A DNA stretch of 44,568 bases from an uncultured Nitrospinaceae bacterium. Its GTDB lineage: Bacteria > UBA8248. The DNA is taken from the NCBI GenBank assembly GCA_964005815.1, contig CAXFSR010000008.1, positions 1 through 44,568 of the forward strand, in the 5' to 3' direction. The notes below the pieces were generated by a model. It was not told the origin of the DNA, did no database searches, and worked only from the letters and a program-made list of their open reading frames with translations. A program made the position numbers and the translations under genes. Position 1 is the stretch's first letter. Each line of letters opens with the position of its first letter. Below, one piece after another: positions 35,795-43,357 of this stretch.

Positions 35795-37102
35795 ATGGAA
35801 TGGACAGTTCTAGATTTTTGGATTGTCAGTGCAGGGATACTTGCATCCTTATCATGTGCCCTATTGGGAAATTTCCTTGTTTTAAAAAAAATGTCTATGA
35901 TGGGAGATGCAATAAGTCACTCTGTCCTTCCAGGACTGGCAATCGCATTTTTCTTAACTTCTAGTAAAGCTAGTTTTTCTATGTTTCTCGGTGCTGTAGT
36001 TTTGGGTGTTGTCACCTCTATATTGACTCAGTGGATTCACAAACACGGTCATGTAGACCAAGGTGCATCCATGGGAGTTGTTTTTACAATACTTTTTGCG
36101 ATTGGTCTTGTTCTTATTGTACAAGCTGCTGATTCTGTAGAATTAGATCCTGAATGTGTACTCTATGGAGCAGTGGAATATATAGCATTAGATATGATTA
36201 CTTTTGTTGATCTTGAAGTTCCTAGAGCCATTGTGGTTTTAAGTCTAGTCTTTTTATTAAATAGTTGTTTTGTACTTCTATTTTTTAAAGAATTAAGAAT
36301 TACGACTTTTGATACTCAATATGCTACCTCATTGGGATTCAATTCTGACCTCATGCATTATGCTTTAATGGGTCTAACAGCCTTAACTGTAGTAGCCGCT
36401 TTTGAAAGTGTTGGAAGCATAATTGTAATAGCAATGCTCATAGTTCCGGGGTCAACGGCCTATTTATTAACAGATAAACTTTCCCTAATGATTTTACTTA
36501 GCATGTTTTTTGCAATTTTGAGTGCTGTTTTAGGACATTTTTCTGCGATATTTTTCCCTCCTTTTTTTGGATTTCCAGATACTAATACCTCAGGAATGAT
36601 GGCAACTTTATCAGGTGTAATTTTCTTTTTGGTTGTCATTATCTCGCCAAGATATGGTCTTTTTTCAAGTTTGTTAAACAAAACTGTTACTAGATTTAGA
36701 GTAGTTCAAGAAGATGTTTTGTCCATTATCTATAGAACAAAAGAAGAGAATAATTTTGATGCAACGAAAGAACATATCTTGCTTTACTTTATACATCATC
36801 CATTATGGCTTTCAATTGCAATGAAATTCTTAGAATTTAAGAAAAAGATCGATCGACGTGGAGATGTTTATTTTCTCACTGCAGCAGGAAATTCCGAATC
36901 AATAGCGCTAATGAGAAGTCATCGTCTTTGGGAATCTTATCTTTCTTCTGAAATTCAGGCTCCATATAGTCATTTTCATGATACTGCAGATCGATTAGAG
37001 CATATACGTGATGCAGATATTCAAGAGACCCTTGATCTTGAAGTACAAGATTCTGAATTTGATCCAAGTGGCAAAAAGATTCCTCCTGAATCAAAAAAAT
37101 GA
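35795..37102 (+). CDS. troD: Metal ABC permease with C-terminal DtxR/MntR-like domain
   Basis: MMGDAISHSVLPG, LDPECVLYG, AFESVGSI. Tail EDVLSIIY...LTAAG...RSHRLWESYL...HDTADRLEH...DPSGKKIP. ATG 35795 with SD aggag. Confidence 0.88.
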   Translation: MEWTVLDFWIVSAGILASLSCALLGNFLVLKKMSMMGDAISHSVLPGLAIAFFLTSSKASFSMFLGAVVLGVVTSILTQWIHKHGHVDQGASMGVVFTILFAIGLVLIVQAADSVELDPECVLYGAVEYIALDMITFVDLEVPRAIVVLSLVFLLNSCFVLLFFKELRITTFDTQYATSLGFNSDLMHYALMGLTALTVVAAFESVGSIIVIAMLIVPGSTAYLLTDKLSLMILLSMFFAILSAVLGHFSAIFFPPFFGFPDTNTSGMMATLSGVIFFLVVIISPRYGLFSSLLNKTVTRFRVVQEDVLSIIYRTKEENNFDATKEHILLYFIHHPLWLSIAMKFLEFKKKIDRRGDVYFLTAAGNSESIALMRSHRLWESYLSSEIQAPYSHFHDTADRLEHIRDADIQETLDLEVQDSEFDPSGKKIPPESKK

Positions 37103-37177
37103 TTATGTTTTGGGATTAGTATGTTCCTATTTTTTGTCTATTGACTAATTTTATAAATTCCATGAGCATCTCTAATT

Positions 37178-38848
37178 ATGCAGACCTTATTAGAGTTATT
37201 TTTAAATTCAGTTAAAAAATTTCCAAAAGAAATTGCTGTTTCTTCTTCTAATTCTGCAGGTAAAGAAATTAAATTAAATCGTACTCAAATTTTACACTCC
37301 TCATTGTTATTAGCAGAAAGATTAAAAGAAATGGGACTTGAAGAAGGCCAAACTGTGGCAATATTCTCGTCTAATCGTCCAGAATGGTCTGTAGGTTTCT
37401 TTGGAATCCTTTTCGCAGGTGGGGTAATTGTTCCGCTCGATATAAATCTAAGTGATAAAGAAATATCCAATATTTTAAACCGTTCTCTTACTAAGTTTAT
37501 TTTGACTGATGAAGTGCAAAATGAACGTATTCAGGAATTGCAGAGGATACTAGGAAAATCTCTTGTTGCTTTGTCTTTGGAGAGTTTTTGTTCGCTTAAA
37601 AACTGTGTCCCATCGAATCTTGTTGGGAGAGATGCAAAACCCGATGATCTTGCGATAATATCTTTTTCTTCTGGGACTACGGGTATTCCGAAAGGAGTTA
37701 TGCTTACGCATGGAAATATAGCATCTAACGTAAATGCAGTCCTTGAAATTTTTGATTGTGGTGCAAAAGATATCTTTCTCTCTATACTTCCACTTCACCA
37801 TATGTTTGAAAGTACAGCAGGTTTTCTGCTTCCAATCGTATCAGGAGCACGGATCCACTATTTGTCCTCTTTGAATCCAAGAGTTCTAAAGGAATCAATG
37901 TTAGAAGAAAAAATTACTATCTGTTTGATGGTTCCTGCAGTTGTTAGATTGATTCATAAACGAATTTTTGGGGAGGTTTCTAATCTACCCTTATTTAAGA
38001 GAACTCTTTTTTGGATTTTGTTTTTTACTTCAAGATTTCTGTTATTTAGATTTTGTTTGAGACTAGGAGATAAAATATTTCCAAAAATTAGAAATTCTCT
38101 TAGCCCGAACTTACGATATCTAGTCAGTGGAGGTGCGCCACTTAACTCTGATATTTCAATTGATATGCTTTCGTTAGGCATTGAAGTTATTCAAGGGTAT
38201 GGATTAACTGAAACTTCTCCTGTGACCAATGCCAATCTTCCTGGTATTAAAAGGTACTTTGATACTGTAGGTCCTCCGATCCCAGGGGTAAAAGTTAGAG
38301 TTGAATCGTTGGATTCAAATAAAGAAAACGAGGGAGAAATTTGGATTAAGGGTCCAAATGTTATGAGCGGATATTATAAAAATGACAAACTTAATGAACA
38401 AGTTTTTTATAAAGATTGGTTTAAAACAGGTGATATTGGTCGTTTTGATAAAAAAGGCAATCTCATTATTTGTGGAAGAATTAAAAATGTAATTATTAAT
38501 GAAATGGGTAAGAATATTTATCCTGAAGAAATTGAGGAAGAATTATTAAAGAATGGATTTTTTAAAGAAGTTTGCGTTATAGGAAAGAAAACGAGGACGG
38601 GGAGTGAAGAAGTTTTTGCAGTTGTTGTACTTGATGAAGAACAACAGTTTGAAACTCCAGAAAAATCGGAACATGTACGAAACGAAATAAATAGGACTTT
38701 AGTGAATTTGGCAGATTACAAAAAAGTCATAGATTTTTTTATATGGCCCCAAGATAGTTTGCCTAAGACAACAACTTTAAAAAATAAAAGGGAAGATTTG
38801 AAAGTTGAATTGATAAAAAAATATGGATTTTTGAATTCAGATTTCTAA
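37178..38848 (+). CDS. Long-chain-fatty-acid-CoA ligase (AMP-binding family)
   Basis: FSSGTTGIPKGVMLTH, LPLHH, SGGAPL, QGYGLTET, GPNVMSGYY, FKTGDIG, GKNIYPEEIE. Confidence 0.9.
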   Translation: MQTLLELFLNSVKKFPKEIAVSSSNSAGKEIKLNRTQILHSSLLLAERLKEMGLEEGQTVAIFSSNRPEWSVGFFGILFAGGVIVPLDINLSDKEISNILNRSLTKFILTDEVQNERIQELQRILGKSLVALSLESFCSLKNCVPSNLVGRDAKPDDLAIISFSSGTTGIPKGVMLTHGNIASNVNAVLEIFDCGAKDIFLSILPLHHMFESTAGFLLPIVSGARIHYLSSLNPRVLKESMLEEKITICLMVPAVVRLIHKRIFGEVSNLPLFKRTLFWILFFTSRFLLFRFCLRLGDKIFPKIRNSLSPNLRYLVSGGAPLNSDISIDMLSLGIEVIQGYGLTETSPVTNANLPGIKRYFDTVGPPIPGVKVRVESLDSNKENEGEIWIKGPNVMSGYYKNDKLNEQVFYKDWFKTGDIGRFDKKGNLIICGRIKNVIINEMGKNIYPEEIEEELLKNGFFKEVCVIGKKTRTGSEEVFAVVVLDEEQQFETPEKSEHVRNEINRTLVNLADYKKVIDFFIWPQDSLPKTTTLKNKREDLKVELIKKYGFLNSDF

Positions 38849-38973
38849 TCTGTGCGTATCTTTAATTTTTTTTGTATTCTAGATTATGTGAAGTCGCTAG
38901 ACTATAGTAAAAAAAAGAAGTATAAATTTCGCTTTGGATTTAGTGTTTTTCATTAAAAAAAGAATTTATGTGT

Positions 38974-39051
38974 GTCCCCATCGTCTAGCCTGGTCCAGGA
39001 CACCGCCCTTTCACGGCGGCAACAGGGGTTCGAATCCCCTTGGGGACGCCA
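38974..39051 (+). tRNA. tRNA-Glu (anticodon UUC), CCA encoded
   Basis: Acceptor stem gtcccca/tggggac, discriminator G, CCA. Anticodon arm ccgcc-ctTTCac-ggcgg (TTC at 39010-39012). T-arm agggg-ttcgaat-cccct. Confidence 0.97.
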
Positions 39052-39086
39052 TTTTATCTTCCCATCTTTGAAAAAGAGTGATTCCT

Positions 39087-39710
39087 ATGTCTTTAGATGC
39101 ACGAGTATTAGAAAATATGTACAAAAGTGAAATCAAGGATGTGCTTTCGATTGCCATTTATGCTAGGGATACTGGAGATTGGGATGCTATAAGGGATTGT
39201 TTTCATCCTGATGCTAAATTAACTACATCTTGGTTTACTGGAACTGTTGAAGAATTTATTGCAGGTTCGAAGAAAATGAAGATTATTAGACATGAGGGTG
39301 AAAGTCAAAAACATCTAATTACTAACCCTTGGGTTCGAATAAATGGAATTAGAGCAGTTGCTGAATATGACCTTGTACTTTATCAGAGAAGGATTTTAGA
39401 TAATCTGGAATTTGATTTTACAACGTGGAGTAGGAGTGTCGCTATTCTTGAACAAAGAGAAGACAGATGGAAGATTTGTGATCGAACAAATATTTATGAA
39501 AAAGATAGAATGGAACCTTGTCACCCTGAAAGTGTTCCTAGTTCATTCTATGATTCTATTAATTTGGATGGTTTCCCTAAAGCCATACGCTATCACTGTT
39601 GGAGGAATGCGAAGGTAGGTCATAACCCTGCACCTAATTTGGTGTTGAAAAATAGCCCTGAAGAAAAATTAGTTAGAGATACTGCCGAGTCCTGGTTGAA
39701 AGGTTCGTGA
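39087..39710 (+). CDS. SnoaL/NTF2-like domain protein
   Basis: ARDTGDWDAIRDCFHPDA, H.I.NP.V.I.G.RAVAE, WKI.DR..IYEKDR. Start is GTG 39078 or ATG 39087. Confidence 0.75.
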   Translation: MSLDARVLENMYKSEIKDVLSIAIYARDTGDWDAIRDCFHPDAKLTTSWFTGTVEEFIAGSKKMKIIRHEGESQKHLITNPWVRINGIRAVAEYDLVLYQRRILDNLEFDFTTWSRSVAILEQREDRWKICDRTNIYEKDRMEPCHPESVPSSFYDSINLDGFPKAIRYHCWRNAKVGHNPAPNLVLKNSPEEKLVRDTAESWLKGS

Positions 39711-39764
39711 ACTTTTAGTTTTTCAAATTCTCCTAGAGGGCCTCAGTCCTAGAATGAATACAAC

Positions 39765-40637
39765 TTGTTAGAATCAATACATCCCAATCTCATTGCACTA
39801 ATTTCTACTTTTTTTATTGCAGCTGCAAGGATTTTTTACCAAAGATCCTTAAATACTATTAATCCTCTTTTTATGACCGTTGTTGTTAATATTGTAACCT
39901 TTATAGTTGCTGTTGCTTTCTATTTTGTTATTGGCACGATGTCTGAGTGGCCTATTCAAGGTATGTTTTGGTTTTTCACAGTCGGCATTTTTGGTTCACT
40001 ACTAGGAAGATATTTTAGTTTTGTTTCTCAAAGGTTAGTTGGTGCTGCTAGAACTTCTGTTTTTCTGCAATCTGTTCTTGTTTGGTCCACCGTTATAGGT
40101 GTTTTTTTCTTAGATGAAAGTTTAGATCTAATGGTTTTATCTGGAATTATTTTAGTTATGTTTGGAGGAATCCTTCTTGTTAGAGAGGATGTCGAATTGC
40201 GTGTAACAATAAAGCCAGTTTATTATTTAGCACCTATTTTTACCGCTTTTTGTTTCGCTCTAACTTTTTTATTTAGAAAATATGGTTTAGTCTGGATTGA
40301 TTCTCCACCTCTTGGAATGGCTGTTTCAAATATGACCGCTATTATGTTTCTTTCCGGACTTTTAATTTTTCAAAACGATTCTAAGAAAAAGAAAACATCA
40401 CGGGCTGGTGTTTTTAATGCAATGGCAGGAGGATTTTTAAATGCATTTGCCGCTATGTTTTTCTGGTATGCAATACATCTTGGAAAAGTTGTTGAAGTTG
40501 TCCCCATAGGTCGTCTTTCCGTTTTATTTGTTATACTTTTTTCTTGGATTTTTCTAAGAGAACAGGAATCTATAACTATGAAAGTGGTTATTGGAGGAGT
40601 AGTTTCTGTTTTGGGTGCATTCCTCATTATTTCCTAG
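39765..40637 (+). CDS. DMT/EamA-family transporter, paralog 1
   Basis: About 10 hydrophobic segments, GAARTS, FFLDE.L, GKVVEVVPI, FLREQE.IT. Confidence 0.85.
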   Translation: MLESIHPNLIALISTFFIAAARIFYQRSLNTINPLFMTVVVNIVTFIVAVAFYFVIGTMSEWPIQGMFWFFTVGIFGSLLGRYFSFVSQRLVGAARTSVFLQSVLVWSTVIGVFFLDESLDLMVLSGIILVMFGGILLVREDVELRVTIKPVYYLAPIFTAFCFALTFLFRKYGLVWIDSPPLGMAVSNMTAIMFLSGLLIFQNDSKKKKTSRAGVFNAMAGGFLNAFAAMFFWYAIHLGKVVEVVPIGRLSVLFVILFSWIFLREQESITMKVVIGGVVSVLGAFLIIS

Positions 40638-40693
40638 TAGAATCTCATTAACGCTCCTTAAAATTCTTGTTAAGTTTTGAGAATGAAACAAAA

Positions 40694-41569
40694 ATGTTAG
40701 ATTTCTTACATCCTAATTTCTTTGCACTTGGTTCTGCATTTCTAATTGCAACAGCACGTATTTTCTATCAAAAATCACTTGGCCTTATAAATCCAACATT
40801 GGTAGTTCTGATTGCAAATATTATTTCTTTTTTCTTCGCTACAGGCATGTTTTTGTTTCAGGATAGTTTTGAACATTGGCCATTAAAAGGAATTCTTTGG
40901 TTTTTATTGGTAGGAGTTTTCGGTTCTTTATTAGGTCGTTATCTTGGATTGCTTTCTCAAAGGCTGATCGGTGCATCTAGAAGTTCTATTTGGATGCAAA
41001 CGGTTTTGATATGGTCTTCTATTTTGGCCGTCTTTTTTTTAAACGAGTCAATCGATTTGAGGGAAGCTTTTGGAATTTGTTTAATTATGGTTGGGGGTAT
41101 TCTTCTAGTTATGGATAAAAATGAGAGAAAAAGAAATGTTTCCCTCATTTATTATTCAGTTCCTATACTTTCTGCTCTTTCGTTTGCCGTTACATTTGTA
41201 TTTCGAAGATATGGTTTTGAGTATATTCCATCTTCTACTTTTGGTATGTCAGTTTCTTATTTCGTTGCAACTTTGATAATGGGCAGCATCTTTATAACGA
41301 ATAAAATTGAGATTGCTCCTTATGAAAATAATAGAGGTGCTTTTAAGAACGCTTTCTTTGGTTCAGTATTTAATGCGCTTGCATCTTTCTGTTTTTGGAT
41401 TGCGGTACAAAATGGGAAGGTTGTTGAAGTAGTTCCTATTGGACGATTATCAGTACTGATTGTGATACTTTTCTCATGGTTCTTTCTTCGTAGACAGGAA
41501 CTCATTACTCTTTATGTGGTACTTGGTGGAATTTTATCTGTTATGGGTGCTTTTTTCATTGCTTCCTAA
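40694..41569 (+). CDS. DMT/EamA-family transporter, paralog 2
   Basis: Same architecture and colinear with paralog 1 (HPN..AL.S.F.IA.ARIFYQ.SL, GVFGSLLGRY, GKVVEVVPIGRLSVL). ATG 40694. Confidence 0.85.
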   Translation: MLDFLHPNFFALGSAFLIATARIFYQKSLGLINPTLVVLIANIISFFFATGMFLFQDSFEHWPLKGILWFLLVGVFGSLLGRYLGLLSQRLIGASRSSIWMQTVLIWSSILAVFFLNESIDLREAFGICLIMVGGILLVMDKNERKRNVSLIYYSVPILSALSFAVTFVFRRYGFEYIPSSTFGMSVSYFVATLIMGSIFITNKIEIAPYENNRGAFKNAFFGSVFNALASFCFWIAVQNGKVVEVVPIGRLSVLIVILFSWFFLRRQELITLYVVLGGILSVMGAFFIAS

Positions 41570-41639
41570 TTGAGATACGTATTTTTTTAAACCTATTCCA
41601 TGTAATTTTTATTCAAATTAGTTTCTTGAAATTTGCCTA

Positions 41640-41669
41640 TTGTGAAAAAAATGTTTTTTCTGTTAAGAT
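41640..41669 (+). promoter_or_regulatory. Candidate sigma70 promoter for the solute-binding protein gene
   Basis: TTGTGA (41640-45), 18-nt spacer, extended -10 TGnTAAGAT (41661-69). The AT-rich background makes chance matches likely. Confidence 0.35.
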
Positions 41670-41751
41670 TCGACTAAATACACATTTTTTTTGTTTTTGC
41701 ATTCTTTATGAATGCGATTTTTTCTAGAAATAATTTAAGGGAGGTCTATTC

Positions 41752-42750
41752 GTGTTTTCAAAGATTAATTTAAGCGTACTAGTTATTGTTGCATTTGTAG
41801 TAAGTTTTATGCACACAGCTAAACCAGTGGATGCTAAAACATTCAGAATCGGACATCACCGTGCGGTTATGGGTTCTGTAGGAGCTGTTGCAAATAGAAT
41901 GGGTTATTTTGATAAAACTTTTGGAAAAGGCAATTATACTGTCAAACAGTTTCCACAAGGGAAATTAATGAGACAAGCTATATTAGCGAACTCACTTGAT
42001 GTTGGTGGTGCTGCTGATAGAGCGTTTCTTTCTGCTATTTCTAAAAAAGCAAAAGTTAAAGGGATTTTTAACGCAAATTACTGGTGTAAATCTAATAAAC
42101 TCTTAACTTCTCCAAAGTCTTCTATTAAAACCTTAAAGGACCTAAAAGGTAAGAAACTTGGTATTGGTAAAGCTACGGGTTCTTATTTTACATTGAGAAC
42201 ATTCATTCTTCCTAAATATGGTATGTCTACTAAAGATTTTACAACAGTTAATATGAATACCGATACAAGAATGAGTGCTCTAAAAACTGGTATTGTTCAA
42301 ATGATTGGTCTAAATAATCCACAAGCAGCGATAGCTATTGAAAGAGGATTTGCTCGTACAGTAGAAACTTATTGCCGTTATGCAAATAATCTTTGGATTA
42401 TGATGGCTAACTCTAGAACTCTTAGCTCAGATAGAGCTGGAGTAGTGAAGTATGTTCGCGGATACATTAAAGGTATGAAACTACATCGTGATAACAATGA
42501 AAAGTTTGCTAGAGTCTATCATACGCATTTGACTTCAAAAGGTGGAAAGGTTTCTTTCTCCGTGGTTAAAGCTTCTGTAAATGATATCGATTTTGGTTTG
42601 TATCCTAGCGAAACAGATTACAAATGGTTTGATTATATGGGTAAAGTACTACTTAAACTTAAAAAAGCGAAAAGAATCGTTGACCTTAGATCAGAAGGAA
42701 TGGATCTGAGTGTAACTAAAGAAGCTGCGAAAGCTGAGGGTTATAAGTAG
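41752..42750 (+). CDS. ABC transporter substrate-binding protein, SsuA/TauA/NMT1-like
   Basis: Signal peptide ending VDA, GYFDK, F.QG....QA......LDVG, IKTLKDLKGKKLG...ATG. GTG start with SD ggagg. Confidence 0.8.
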   Translation: MFSKINLSVLVIVAFVVSFMHTAKPVDAKTFRIGHHRAVMGSVGAVANRMGYFDKTFGKGNYTVKQFPQGKLMRQAILANSLDVGGAADRAFLSAISKKAKVKGIFNANYWCKSNKLLTSPKSSIKTLKDLKGKKLGIGKATGSYFTLRTFILPKYGMSTKDFTTVNMNTDTRMSALKTGIVQMIGLNNPQAAIAIERGFARTVETYCRYANNLWIMMANSRTLSSDRAGVVKYVRGYIKGMKLHRDNNEKFARVYHTHLTSKGGKVSFSVVKASVNDIDFGLYPSETDYKWFDYMGKVLLKLKKAKRIVDLRSEGMDLSVTKEAAKAEGYK

Positions 42751-42777
42751 TTTTTACGTAACATTTGTCATTATATT

Positions 42778-42812
42778 AAACGCTGCTCCTTTAATTAGGA
42801 GCAGCGTTTTTT
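42778..42812 (+). terminator. Rho-independent terminator after the SBP gene
   Basis: aaacgctgctcct-ttaatt-aggagcagcgttt followed by a T-run. Confidence 0.9.
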
Positions 42813-42814
42813 AA

Positions 42815-43219
42815 TTGAAAATGAATTTTTTAAGAAAGGGATATCTCTTGGAATTTAGTAAAGGAACACTACAAAAGCAACTTTATGTATATTTTACGAA
42901 ACCCGTTAATGGAATGGGTCCAATAATGGAAAACTTAAAGGAACATCTGGCTTTTCAGGTTGAAATTGAAAAAAAGGGGATTATGTTTGCTGCTGGTCCA
43001 CATAGGGAAAAGGATAGAGAGCATGAAGAGGATAGTTGGGCTGGTGAAGGAATGATAATTATACGCGCAAATTCTTTGGAAGAAGCAACTAAAATTGCGG
43101 AATCAGATCCGATGCATTCAAGTGGGGCTAGAAGTTTTACTATAAAGCCTTGGCTTATGAATGAAGGTAAATTTTCACTTGAGATTGATTTTTCAGATAG
43201 AGAAGTAAAGATAATTTAA
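42815..43219 (+). CDS. YciI-like dimeric alpha-beta barrel protein
   Basis: EHLAFQ..IEKKG.MFAAGP, GMIIIRANSLEEA..IAESDPMH..G.R.F.IKPW. Start uncertain (42815, 42821 or 42848). Confidence 0.8.
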   Translation: MKMNFLRKGYLLEFSKGTLQKQLYVYFTKPVNGMGPIMENLKEHLAFQVEIEKKGIMFAAGPHREKDREHEEDSWAGEGMIIIRANSLEEATKIAESDPMHSSGARSFTIKPWLMNEGKFSLEIDFSDREVKII

Positions 43220-43357
43220 AGGATCTTATTTTTTCCGTTCATCCTTCATGAGATAACGAAATAAGTTCTTCGAGGTTTTACGTAGTCAGATCTAGATGTT
43301 ACGTTGGGATAAAGTTCATATTTTGGTTTCTACATCATAACTTCCTTGGAGGTTCCA

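Noticed and set aside
670..41505. Short overlapping or antisense ORFs in the track (e.g. 1971..2429, 2549..2830, 7791..8117, 26532..26791, 32110..32385, 40370..40627)
   Set aside because: They lie within or opposite well-supported genes and have no recognisable motifs.
43220..43357. Structured ncRNA between the yciI-like and LVIVD genes
   Set aside because: Only imperfect AT-rich stems are present, with no recognisable family features.
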